Positions 8,941-18,018 of a stretch of 55,493 nucleotides of DNA are shown here, piece after piece; positions within the stretch are counted from its first letter, which is position 1, and the number at the start of each line of letters is the position of its first letter. The DNA lies in assembly GCA_050049875.1 (NCBI GenBank), contig JASFVL010000003.1, positions 1 to 55,493 of the forward strand. The letters are read 5' to 3'. The translations under genes were made by a program, and so were the position numbers. The stretch comes from Anaerolineales bacterium. GTDB taxonomy: Bacteria > Chloroflexota > Anaerolineae > Anaerolineales > UBA11858. The notes below the pieces were generated by a model that ran no database searches, was not told the DNA's origin, and saw only the letters and a program-made list of their open reading frames with translations.

Positions 8941-9825
8941 TCATCCTTGAGAGGATTGGGATAACTCGGAAGTCATTGTTTCCACGCTAATCAGTGAAAG
9001 GATGTTGGTATACATATTCCGGAAATCAGAAATATATTCAGGAAAAGCCATGGTCAATACTGTCCCACTAGCTAGGACTTCCGCGATACGGCGATCCATG
9101 GGGATACGCATAAGGATCGGCAACCCCAAACTCCAACAATAGTCATCTACATCTGAATTTCCAATTCCATCCCGGTTTATGACGACTCCTGCGGGGATAT
9201 TGAGCTCTCGTACAACCTGGACAGCCAATTTCAAATCGTGCAAGCCAAACGGGGTCGGCTCCGTGACCAAAATGACGAAGTCCGATCCTCGAATGGTTTC
9301 GACAACCGGGCAAGATGTACCAGGTGGTGCGTCCTTAATGATCAAATGACTGGATGGAAAGGGACCCCAACGCTTAAGCTGACGGATGACAGGCACTGCC
9401 ATCGGTTGACCTACATTAAGCACTCCTTGAGCAAAGCCAATCCCAGTAACCGCTCGCCCTCTTTTTAATATTCCTAATGTTTTTGGCTTCTCAGAAATAG
9501 CGTTCTCCGGACAGTTCAGCGTGCAACTTCCACAGCCGTGACATAACTCGGGGAAGACCAGTACATTACCAGCTAAGACCACAATAGCGTGATATTGGCA
9601 AATCTCAGCACAGCGTCCACAACCAGTACAACGCCCCTCATTCACAACAGGGACCAAGAGATCGACATCTTGACGCTGTTCGATATTTGGATAAAGGAAT
9701 AGGTGCGCGTTGGGCGCCTCGACATCGCAATCGAGAAAAGTAACAGCATTGGTTACCATCGCAAGGCTGGTTGCTATCGTGGTTTTGCCGGTACCGCCTT
9801 TACCGCTGGCTACTGTTATGATCAC
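8941..9825 (-). CDS. MinD-superfamily P-loop ATPase with inserted ferredoxin domain (partner paralogue)
   Basis: SGKGGTGKT, DCDVEAPN, CTGCGRCAEIC and CHGCGSCTLNC, DAPPGTSCPV, EPTPFGLHDL. Confidence 0.92.
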   Translation of the reverse strand: MIITVASGKGGTGKTTIATSLAMVTNAVTFLDCDVEAPNAHLFLYPNIEQRQDVDLLVPVVNEGRCTGCGRCAEICQYHAIVVLAGNVLVFPELCHGCGSCTLNCPENAISEKPKTLGILKRGRAVTGIGFAQGVLNVGQPMAVPVIRQLKRWGPFPSSHLIIKDAPPGTSCPVVETIRGSDFVILVTEPTPFGLHDLKLAVQVVRELNIPAGVVINRDGIGNSDVDDYCWSLGLPILMRIPMDRRIAEVLASGTVLTMAFPEYISDFRNMYTNILSLISVETMTSELSQSSQG

Positions 9826-9876
9826 AACTTACCTACCACCAAGACCCTGAAGACCACAGTCCACTGATTTCGCGGG

Positions 9877-10209
9877 CTAACTAACCGGTATGAGTTGCCC
9901 AGCTTGGTATGCTTCAACCAAGGTATCAACTTGAGCCTGGTGGGCTTTAAATAGTTCAATTCCAACCGCCTCTAAGGCAGATTGAGCTTTAGGGCCAAAC
10001 CTGCCACTGATGACAACCTCAACATCTTGGTTGGTGATGAATTGAGCTGCCCGAGTACCGGCTCCGCCTAAAGATTGGTTTGCCGGGTTGGGTAAGGCAT
10101 TCCAATTCCCAGTATCTGTATCAAAGATGATGAAAAAAGCGCAGCGACCAAATCGGGGATCAATGGGCGCATCGGAACGAGCTTCAACAGCAGAAATAGC
10201 GATTTTCAT
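9877..10209 (-). CDS. NifB/NifX-family (orange-protein-like) protein
   Basis: KIAIS, DPRFGRC, GGAG, GRFGPKA. Confidence 0.88.
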   Translation of the reverse strand: MKIAISAVEARSDAPIDPRFGRCAFFIIFDTDTGNWNALPNPANQSLGGAGTRAAQFITNQDVEVVISGRFGPKAQSALEAVGIELFKAHQAQVDTLVEAYQAGQLIPVS

Positions 10210-10231
10210 TTTAATCCTTTACGACCTCAAG

Positions 10232-10444
10232 CTAGTCAGAATTGCTATCTGATTTTTCAGATTGTCTGTCGCGCCATCTTTCCCGCCTACGAAGCTGGTT
10301 CCATCGTCCCCGCCCTACCCCCTTACCCATACGGTGGATATTGCCACTTCCACATTTGGGGCAGGATTGGTTTACACCTCGACCACCTTCTACAAACGGG
10401 AGTTCCCAGGTATGTTCACAGTCGTAACATTTAAATTTTCTCAT
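10232..10444 (-). CDS. Small zinc-ribbon protein
   Basis: CYDC...CPKCGS with an Arg/Gly-rich tail; first gene of the operon; RBS present. Confidence 0.7.
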   Translation of the reverse strand: MRKFKCYDCEHTWELPFVEGGRGVNQSCPKCGSGNIHRMGKGVGRGRWNQLRRRERWRDRQSEKSDSNSD

Positions 10445-10598
10445 TGTGTCCTATTCCTTCTCTAGATGGTATGGGCCGCGATAACAATCCCACACAGATC
10501 AAATATTACTTACAAGTTGGCCTGCTCCATAAAAACTGACCTAAAAACCAAACTACTGGATTTGAGATTTCAGCCATCTGAGGCAAACCGACTTTGGA

Positions 10599-10698
10599 TG
10601 TAACATAATATTGTGCACAATAACCCATTACACACATTATTTATCACATATTGTACTACTATAGTTTACAAGTGTCAATTATTATGTTACAATTGTAA
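10599..10698. promoter_or_regulatory. AT-rich divergent promoter with palindromic operator candidates
   Basis: 12-bp inverted repeat TGTAACATAATA (10599-610) / TATTATGTTACA (10680-91), palindromes ATTGTGCACAAT and TTACAATTGTAA, and three TGT-N13-15-ACA boxes. Confidence 0.5.
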
Positions 10699-10718
10699 TA
10701 CGGTCAAAAACCCAATAT

Positions 10719-11339
10719 ATGACTTTCAGCCAAAAGGAGCAGGTCAAAGTGAACCAAAAGAAAGAACCCAATGTTGGGTTGCGAATTCGGGAACTTCGTA
10801 TCCGTAAAGGGTATGCTCTAAGGGCATTGGCAGAAAGATGTGGCTTATCAGCCAACGCGATTAGTCTCATCGAGCGGGGTAAAAATTCGCCCACGGTTTC
10901 CACATTACACCGGTTGGCAACCTCCCTCCAGGTACCCATATCAGATCTTTTCAATGAAGAATCCGGCTTGAAGGCTGTTTACGTTAAGAAAGGGTCAGGA
11001 TTAAAGTACCAAAACGACAATTTCATTATGGAAAGTTTGGGCATCGGACTGCCTAACCAGCAACTAGAACCTTTTCGGATAACCATTGAGGCAGGTGCTG
11101 ATACGACCAGCGACCCCATTACGCATCCTGGCCAAGAATTTGTCTATTGTATTGAGGGGGAGATAAAATATTTTGTTGATAATCAAGAATACAGAATATC
11201 ACCTGGGGACAGCTTGCTGTTAGACGCCTCTCTCCCCCACTGTTGGTGCAACACCACAGATATACCAGTCAGTATCCTGATCATCTTTCAAGCATCCAGG
11301 GGTCGCCATTTAGCAAGACAGCGCCATCTGGAATTATAA
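10719..11339 (+). CDS. XRE-family HTH regulator with cupin domain
   Basis: LRIRELR...LAERCGLSANAISLIERG HTH; cupin motifs HPGQEFVY and PHCW. Confidence 0.92.
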   Translation: MTFSQKEQVKVNQKKEPNVGLRIRELRIRKGYALRALAERCGLSANAISLIERGKNSPTVSTLHRLATSLQVPISDLFNEESGLKAVYVKKGSGLKYQNDNFIMESLGIGLPNQQLEPFRITIEAGADTTSDPITHPGQEFVYCIEGEIKYFVDNQEYRISPGDSLLLDASLPHCWCNTTDIPVSILIIFQASRGRHLARQRHLEL

Positions 11340-11453
11340 ATGATCCTTCAGCAGTGAACATCAAAACGTTCCAAAGTATGCACATTGGGACGTTTCGTAC
11401 TTCAAACCATCCCATCTGTTCATGCTTCGCTACCGAGTGCATCATTATCCTAC

Positions 11454-12695
11454 TCAGGCACCATGACGTTTCGCACCTTTTTTGCGCGCCAAACGCAAAG
11501 CCGTGAAGAGACCCTTGTCACGAATGGTTTTCATGGCAATGCCGCTGGAGGTGATCTCAAAATAGCGCTTGCCATAGCGCGCCAGCTTATCCTCATCCAG
11601 CTCAATCCCCAAGCCTGGGCTTTGGGGTACAGATACCGTGCCGTCAGGGGCTACCCGAATTGGCTCAACCAAGAGACCGTCGCGCGCCTCTGGGACCCAT
11701 CCTGGTGGCTCGTAGGGATACTCTATAGGGTGACCGGTGGTAGAGGAGGCGTGCACGTGCAGGTTGACCAGGAAACCTAGACCATTGGTCCAGGTATGGG
11801 GTGTGAAGCCGAGACTGCGCTCCTGGCAGGTATCCAATACCCGTTTGGCGTCGCTAATCCCACCTCCCATGGTGGCATCAGGCTGGTAGATATCGTAACT
11901 ACCCTTCTCCAGCATGACTTTGAACTCATGCCAGCCGGCGTTAAGCTCCCCACCCGCGATCGGCACCTCGGAGATGCGTCGCAACTCGGCTAACTCGTCG
12001 TAGGCATACATATCCAGCGGCTCTTCGATCCATGCTACTCCCAAGTCGGTGCAGGCACTAGCGAAATTGACCGCTCGCCGCAGGTCCCAAAGCGGGGCAT
12101 CATCGATCAAGGCCACCCTCCAACCTTGGTTGGCGTCCACTCCGATCTCCATGTCATCCCCCACAACATTGCGCACGACCTCGATTTGGGCGAGGTCCTC
12201 AGCTGGGTCGAAGCTGTGCACTCGCAATTTGACTGTCTCGAAACCCATCTCCCGCAACTGCAGGACCTCATCGGCGCGCTGCTCCGGCGGGTGGATCTCC
12301 CCTGTGGAAGCGTACACCGGAACCCGTTCGACCCCCTCCCCTCCGAGCAGCGCCCAGACGGGCTTTCCTTCCACCTTGCCGCGAATGTCCCAAAAAGCGG
12401 CTTCGATCCAATAGTTGCGCCAGCCCAGGAAGCTGGCCTCCCGCAGCCGCTGGCGAGCGGTTGTGATGTCTATGGGGTCTAATCCGATCAGGTAAGGTCC
12501 CAATAGTCCTCCCAGCCCTTGCCTCTCATGTTCGAAGGCAACCCCAGCCGCCAAACCTTGGACGCCGTCATCGGTCGTTAGACGGAGCAGCGTAAAACGG
12601 TTGACGGTTTGAGGGTAGCCAGGGATCCAGGAGGGGTAAAAGGGTTTCGGCAGTGGAATCGCGACATGGTATAGTTCGATACGGTCGATTTTCAT
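11454..12695 (-). CDS. Mandelate racemase/muconate lactonizing enzyme family protein
   Basis: AFWDIRGK, KLR, DANQG, IEEP, GGEL, QPD, PHTW, PGLGIE. Confidence 0.9.
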   Translation of the reverse strand: MKIDRIELYHVAIPLPKPFYPSWIPGYPQTVNRFTLLRLTTDDGVQGLAAGVAFEHERQGLGGLLGPYLIGLDPIDITTARQRLREASFLGWRNYWIEAAFWDIRGKVEGKPVWALLGGEGVERVPVYASTGEIHPPEQRADEVLQLREMGFETVKLRVHSFDPAEDLAQIEVVRNVVGDDMEIGVDANQGWRVALIDDAPLWDLRRAVNFASACTDLGVAWIEEPLDMYAYDELAELRRISEVPIAGGELNAGWHEFKVMLEKGSYDIYQPDATMGGGISDAKRVLDTCQERSLGFTPHTWTNGLGFLVNLHVHASSTTGHPIEYPYEPPGWVPEARDGLLVEPIRVAPDGTVSVPQSPGLGIELDEDKLARYGKRYFEITSSGIAMKTIRDKGLFTALRLARKKGAKRHGA

Positions 12696-12912
12696 GGTGG
12701 CCTCCTGTGGTCATCCCCCCATAACTAAAGTCAGTTGTTAATTTGGTTTTGGTGAGTATGAAGGTACGATAACACAGACTGTCGAATTTTCTAAGGTGTA
12801 AATTGGTTATCGGTACTGGACCAATTCCCTGTTACAAAACAAGGGCTAACTGCAACCTCTTAATAGATGCATCGATAAAGGCAGAAAATCAATTGATTCC
12901 AAGGTTTTACTA

Positions 12913-13497
12913 ATGGATTACATCATAGCGCATAAAGTACCGGGACAATACGATAATCAATCCGATGACGCGCTCGTTCGTATAACGGAGGGTCAGCCAG
13001 AGGCCTTTGGCATACTTTATCGCCGTCATGTAACCCCAATATACCGCTATATCGTTGCCCGCGTAGGCCACGAATCTGACGCCCAGGATATCACCACGGA
13101 AACCTTTATGGCTGCACTCCAGGGAATCCGAACTTACCGCGGCACTGATCGCTTCCGTTCGTGGCTTTTCGGAATTGCCCGAAACAAGGTAGCCATGTAT
13201 TACCGCCAGCACTCCAGCACGCTGTCATTGGAAGCCGCCGAAGATGTGCCCCATCCGGATCCTACACCAGATGTAGTTATAGACAAGCAGCTCCGGTTGA
13301 GGCGTATATCCAGAATACTAAAGGTGTTATCCCCAGACCGTGCGGAAGCGGTTACCCTTTCCTTGATCGTAGGGTTGAGCACTGCTGAGATCGCAAAGCT
13401 GATGAGTAGAAGCGAAGCAGCCATCCGGATGCTGGTTTATCGCGGTGTGAAGGACTTACGCGAGCGGTTGATAGATAGCGCGGAGGATGAATTATGA
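12913..13497 (+). CDS. ECF RNA polymerase sigma factor
   Basis: DAQDITTETF, WLFGIARN, region 4 STAEIAKLMSRSEAAIR. Confidence 0.92.
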   Translation: MDYIIAHKVPGQYDNQSDDALVRITEGQPEAFGILYRRHVTPIYRYIVARVGHESDAQDITTETFMAALQGIRTYRGTDRFRSWLFGIARNKVAMYYRQHSSTLSLEAAEDVPHPDPTPDVVIDKQLRLRRISRILKVLSPDRAEAVTLSLIVGLSTAEIAKLMSRSEAAIRMLVYRGVKDLRERLIDSAEDEL

Positions 13498-14453
13498 TCA
13501 CAAAACAATCTGACGAAAGAAAGGCAGCCAAGGCATTCGATCGTGCGCTTGATTCAGGTGATACGCCGCCCGAGTTAGCCGAAGACCTGTCACTCGCACG
13601 AAAGATCACCGAAATGGGTAATCAACTTGCTCCAGACCCCGTTTTTACCGCCCAGCTTGAGCGACATTTGGTCCAGGTCGCTAAAAATGAAAGGGCACCA
13701 ACGATGGGAAGTGCTCACTTGAATTGGAGACGGGCTGCCATCCTGGCGTTATTCACTCTCCTCATCGCAATCGGAGCGCTCATGGTCACGCCCGCAGGAG
13801 GGGTGTTAGCGGAAAGGGTGCTGCAATTCTTTTCCCAAAGCGTTGATGACACCGAAAAGCAGACCGTTGTGCGCGCTCCATCTGAAAACAGTGAGGGTGT
13901 GGAGGACCAGCCCTTCATTGTGCAATCCGATGGGCAGGTGATCCCGGTAGAGGAAGAGGGGATCGTAATCACACCCCCAGGAGACCTGAAAGATACCGAC
14001 TTCCCCGTGTTCATGCCCACATTCTTACCCGAAGGGTACAGCCTAAACAAAGCGGAATACCACCCCCTTGGTCCAATGACTTGGGTAGAGTTCACCTGCG
14101 GTAGATACGCTGGCTTCACCCTGACCCAAAATCAGATCACTTATGAAGCTTATTTGGCTGATCCCGAATACCGGGGGGACATTGGCGCCAGCGCAGAGAT
14201 CATTGAAGTGGATATCAATGGCACAAAAGGAGAGTACGTCCAAGGCAACTGGGGCCCAACCTCACCATTTTCCGGATCGGAAGAGGTCGAGTTCACCTGG
14301 GATCCAAACTTAAATTTCCACCGCCTGATCTGGTACACGGATGGCTCCCTCTTCCGTATCACGACTAGCCGATCCGGTCCGGGAAATGAGGCCTGCCGCT
14401 TGATGATGGAGGACATCCTCACCATCGCAGAAAGCCTGAGACCATATCAATAA
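13494..14453 (+). CDS. Putative anti-sigma factor (single TM plus DUF4367-like extracellular domain)
   Basis: ATGA overlap with the ECF gene; one TM; PTFLPEGY and VDINGTKGEY motifs. Confidence 0.75.
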   Translation: MITKQSDERKAAKAFDRALDSGDTPPELAEDLSLARKITEMGNQLAPDPVFTAQLERHLVQVAKNERAPTMGSAHLNWRRAAILALFTLLIAIGALMVTPAGGVLAERVLQFFSQSVDDTEKQTVVRAPSENSEGVEDQPFIVQSDGQVIPVEEEGIVITPPGDLKDTDFPVFMPTFLPEGYSLNKAEYHPLGPMTWVEFTCGRYAGFTLTQNQITYEAYLADPEYRGDIGASAEIIEVDINGTKGEYVQGNWGPTSPFSGSEEVEFTWDPNLNFHRLIWYTDGSLFRITTSRSGPGNEACRLMMEDILTIAESLRPYQ

Positions 14454-14479
14454 GGGACACAACAGATGAAGCCCAACTG

Positions 14480-14512
14480 CGGGGATGACCGTGGTCATCC
14501 CCGTTCATTTTT
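14480..14512 (+). terminator. Intrinsic terminator
   Basis: CGGGGATGACC-GT-GGTCATCCCCG followed by TTCATTTTT. Confidence 0.7.
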
Positions 14513-14609
14513 AATTCATCCTATAATTCAGCAGTTCTCAATATAGGTCAGATGTGCGCGCAAAGTATGTCAGAAAGGGAGAAGAAGTGCGCTAATATTA
14601 ACGTTTATT

Positions 14610-14773
14610 TGCTATAATCGCTCATACTCAAAGTATTGGCTGCCAGCAGTCAATTCCTGCTTCAAGCACCTTTCCTAACATCACGAACATGAGGTGAAAA
14701 CCCATCAGAGCAGGAAGGTCCGGGGGTGAACCGGATTATGGTCGCAAACGCTGGCGAGCTCAGCCTCGGGCTG
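14610..14773 (+). promoter_or_regulatory. Extended -10 promoter and structured 5' leader of the LysE gene
   Basis: TGcTATAAT at 14610-18 and nested stems (see findings). Confidence 0.35.
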
Positions 14774-14801
14774 GATTAATCTGCATCTATTTGGAGTGGT
14801 C

Positions 14802-15431
14802 ATGGCAATCGTCTTCAGAAATGTGGTCCTTGGGCTATCCCTCGCCGCTCCACTGGGTCCCTCAGGGGTAGCCGTAATTCACGGGGGACTAAGAGGCGGT
14901 TTCCAGCGGGCATTTCTCACCGGTTTAGGGGTTACGCTAGGGGACACCACTTACCTGCTGGTGGTCTTCTTCGGTGTGTCTCAATTCCTAGAAATCACGT
15001 GGGTTAAAATCCTTATCTGGGGAATTGGTGCCATCGCGCTGGGGTATTTCGGCATCAGGTCTATCCGGGAGGCAGCAAGTAAGGCTGACTTTGAAGCGAC
15101 AGCAGATATCCCCTCCCGTCACCCCTTATTGATCGGTTACATCGTCAACGTCTCTAACCCGATTGCGGTCGTTTGGTGGTTGGGTGTCTTCGGCTCGCTT
15201 CTGGCGGAGAGCGCCTCCGGAGCTCCAAAACTGAATGCCCTCCTACTGAGCTCGACGATACTCGTCGGAATCCTAATCTGGCACACCATCACGTCCCTGC
15301 TCACCCATTGGGGCAGGCACTTTTTGGAGGCCAAATACATCCGCATCGTCTCGCTGTTGGCAGGGGCAATCTTGCTGCTCTTCAGCCTAAGGTTTGCATA
15401 CCAAAGTCTGCTCACCGCCACCGGCTGGTAG
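14802..15431 (+). CDS. LysE/RhtB-family translocator
   Basis: GLSLAAPLGP, G...D, NPIAVVWW, about six TM helices; GGAG RBS before ATG 14802. Confidence 0.9.
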   Translation: MAIVFRNVVLGLSLAAPLGPSGVAVIHGGLRGGFQRAFLTGLGVTLGDTTYLLVVFFGVSQFLEITWVKILIWGIGAIALGYFGIRSIREAASKADFEATADIPSRHPLLIGYIVNVSNPIAVVWWLGVFGSLLAESASGAPKLNALLLSSTILVGILIWHTITSLLTHWGRHFLEAKYIRIVSLLAGAILLLFSLRFAYQSLLTATGW

Positions 15432-15595
15432 AAGAGCTACAACTCATAGATCATTCACTCTATTGGGGCGCGAATACATCAAGGTATTAGCACAAAGTGG
15501 AGCTGTTACAGAATCTGGCTGGTGCGGTCAATTATCCCCCACAGAACATAACCGTATCTAATCTATTGGTAGTTTTGGGACCTAGCCGTTATTAA

Positions 15596-15961
15596 TTAAC
15601 AAGTCGAATGGATCAAAGCGCCCACCTTTTCTTTGCTTGCCAGTTGATTATAAAGCCGCACGGCTTCCTCAGTTTGTAGGACGTGGGTTAAGACGCCGCG
15701 CTCTTCCAACTTTTTAAGGGTTTCTGATTGGATTTTCAAACGCTGGTTCATACCTTTGGAGAGAATAACCACTTCAGCGCCATGCTGTAGCAGCTCTTCC
15801 ACGTCGGTAAACTGAACACCCGGCGAGTGGTGTGTGCCAGTCTCATTCCAATTCCAGGCTCGGGCGCCGCCAGGGTAGATTTTGGCATCCCGAAACCTTC
15901 CTTGTCCCTCGACTTCGAGGTGCCCCCAGGAAAGTGAGGTGATGAGTGGAGATTGATTCAT
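15596..15961 (-). CDS. Mth938-like (AAMDC/DUF498) protein
   Basis: WNWNETGTHHSPG, TEEAVRLYN, GALIHSTC. Confidence 0.9.
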   Translation of the reverse strand: MNQSPLITSLSWGHLEVEGQGRFRDAKIYPGGARAWNWNETGTHHSPGVQFTDVEELLQHGAEVVILSKGMNQRLKIQSETLKKLEERGVLTHVLQTEEAVRLYNQLASKEKVGALIHSTC

Positions 15962-16099
15962 AGATTAGCAATAGGTGGGTTTGAGCATAGAACCATCGTG
16001 ATCCAAGCTCTCAAGCGCATGATAGATAGGTACAAAAATCGTGATACTTATCCCCTTAAATCATAACATACGCTGCCCGGCTGCGTTTTTAGATAAAGC

Positions 16100-16321
16100 T
16101 TAGAACAGACTGCGCAGGATCAGCAGTAACCCGAAGACGATCAGGGGGACGCCCACGATTGCCCCAACAACCGTCACGGTGAGGATCACGCCAGCAATCA
16201 TCAGCACCAAACCCAGAACTGCGCCTACCAAGCGACCGGTGAACTCGATGATCAAGACGACCAATCGCCAAATGGCCCAAAAAGGCCAAAGGATCCAAGA
16301 TGCTTTCTTTTTCGTTGCCAT
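16100..16321 (-). CDS. Small hydrophobic membrane protein
   Basis: GGAGG RBS before ATG 16321; basic N-terminus followed by two or more TM segments. Confidence 0.75.
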   Translation of the reverse strand: MATKKKASWILWPFWAIWRLVVLIIEFTGRLVGAVLGLVLMIAGVILTVTVVGAIVGVPLIVFGLLLILRSLF

Positions 16322-16546
16322 ATTTGCCTCCATTTACTATATACGAAACCACCTCTTCTTAGTTGCATCTTTAATAGGATCGGGAGAGGCAACAAATAAG
16401 AGGCGATTCTGCGATGTGAAAGTATTGGTGGAGGCAAGAATCAGCGACATAAAGGTGGTGATAGCGTCAGGGAGGCCGGCAAAGGATTGTCGCTTCTAAC
16501 CAGAGTTTTAGTCTCCAAAAGAAGATTGCGTAGAAAAATTTCCCCT

Positions 16547-17569
16547 CTAGCCAGCTCTTAACGACCCAAAGCTGACTAATTTCTGCTGTTTCTCGTCCCA
16601 CAGGTTCATCCATATACAAGCCAAACTTTTTCGAAGGGTCAGCGGCTGGTCTTGCTGAACACCCGGTGTATTGTCGTAGCACGCCTGCAGGTTGTAGTTG
16701 GGAATGCGCGGTTGAATGTGGTGGATGTGATGGAAACCGATGCTGCCCGTGAACCACTGCACTATTTTAGGTAACTTGTAATACGAACTACCCTGCAAGG
16801 CGGCTAATAGAGGCTCCCAACTTTCATGGCGAGCCCAGTAGACCCCCTCAAACTGGTGTTGGACATAGAACAACCACACGCCGACCGCCCCGGCAATCAT
16901 CATCACCGGAACCTGAATCAAGAGATATGTTCGAATACCGATTGTCAGGCTTGCCGCTACCAGAATGAGAATGATCGCCAGGTTGGTGAGCATCACGCTT
17001 CTGCGCTCACGCTTCTTGGCCCCCTTGGCGGGGAGGCGCTGGGCGAAGAAAAACGCTACCCCAGGTCCAATACCAAACATGATGAGGGGATGACGGTAGA
17101 CACGGTATGCGACCCGTTGCCACCACGGTGCATTCTGGTATTCTTCTACGGTCAATGTCCAAACATCGCCCACTCCCCGGCGGTCCAGATCTCCCACCGT
17201 AGCGTGATGGACAGCGTGGGAATGGCGCCATTGTTCGAAGGGAGTGAAAGTCAATATCCCTGAGACATATCCCAAGATCCTGTTGGCTTTGCGGGAAGCA
17301 AAGAAGGAACCGTGGCAGCAGTCGTGGAAAAGGATGAAGATGCGCACCAACAAAGCAGCCGCCACCACAGACAATGCCAGCGTGATCCAGTATGAGTACC
17401 CTTGCTTTATGGAGACTACCATCAAAACCCACAAAGCGATATAAGGGATGAATGTATTCAAGATTTGCCAGATCGCCCTGCGAAGATCCGGCCGCGTGTA
17501 CTTGGCAACAGCGCGATACACACTTAAATTCTTTTTATCCCGCGTGGTGAAGTCAGATTTCGCGGACAT
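16547..17569 (-). CDS. des: Membrane fatty acid desaturase (Bacillus Des-like)
   Basis: His boxes HDCCH, HSHAVHH and HHIHH; YVQHQFE; IPNYNL. Confidence 0.92.
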   Translation of the reverse strand: MSAKSDFTTRDKKNLSVYRAVAKYTRPDLRRAIWQILNTFIPYIALWVLMVVSIKQGYSYWITLALSVVAAALLVRIFILFHDCCHGSFFASRKANRILGYVSGILTFTPFEQWRHSHAVHHATVGDLDRRGVGDVWTLTVEEYQNAPWWQRVAYRVYRHPLIMFGIGPGVAFFFAQRLPAKGAKKRERRSVMLTNLAIILILVAASLTIGIRTYLLIQVPVMMIAGAVGVWLFYVQHQFEGVYWARHESWEPLLAALQGSSYYKLPKIVQWFTGSIGFHHIHHIQPRIPNYNLQACYDNTPGVQQDQPLTLRKSLACIWMNLWDEKQQKLVSFGSLRAG

Positions 17570-17826
17570 ATCCAGCCTCCTAAAATGATGCAGGTTTACT
17601 CACTCCGAGGGCACCATTAAAACATACACCATGATGCGCAATGGAACTGTTGTTTAAAGCTACATAACCCCTATATGAAGCCCAGGTCCCCATGATACAC
17701 GAGGGGAAAACGTCAGCAGTACCCCGCTCCTCCTCATCTAGTTTAATTCTATCACCGAAAATACTATTTGCCTAAAAACTTCTCTTGCAGTGTGCATGCG
17801 AAGTTCGTCAGGTAGAAGGTGGCGAT

Positions 17827-17853
17827 GGGCAGGGCTGCCAGGCAGCCCTGCCC
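17827..17853. repeat. Perfect 13-bp GC-rich inverted repeat (REP-like)
   Basis: GGGCAGGGCTGCC-A-GGCAGCCCTGCCC. Confidence 0.7.
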
Positions 17854-18018
17854 CAAACAATAAAATTCCTTCTGATAAAATTTGAGCGCACATCTCTTAC
17901 CTGGTTAAGTGACGAAATTAACAATCAATGTCCACTGAACTATGGTATCCTGATGAAGAGTTTCCATATTATTATCCGTCGGCGGATCACCCAAACAGCC
18001 CAGCGACAAGTGACCACA

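Noticed and set aside
7327-10209. NifB/NifX proteins as evidence for nitrogen fixation
   Set aside because: No nifH/D/K/E/N; the context is the orp-like cluster.
12707-12718. 12-bp GTGGTCATCCCC identical to 14491-14502, as possible direct repeats flanking the ECF pair
   Set aside because: Short, part of a terminator arm, and no recombinase; chance cannot be excluded.
17785-18018. N-terminal 78 aa of the 544-aa ORF
   Set aside because: Not protein-like and contains a palindrome; the signal peptide starts at 18019.
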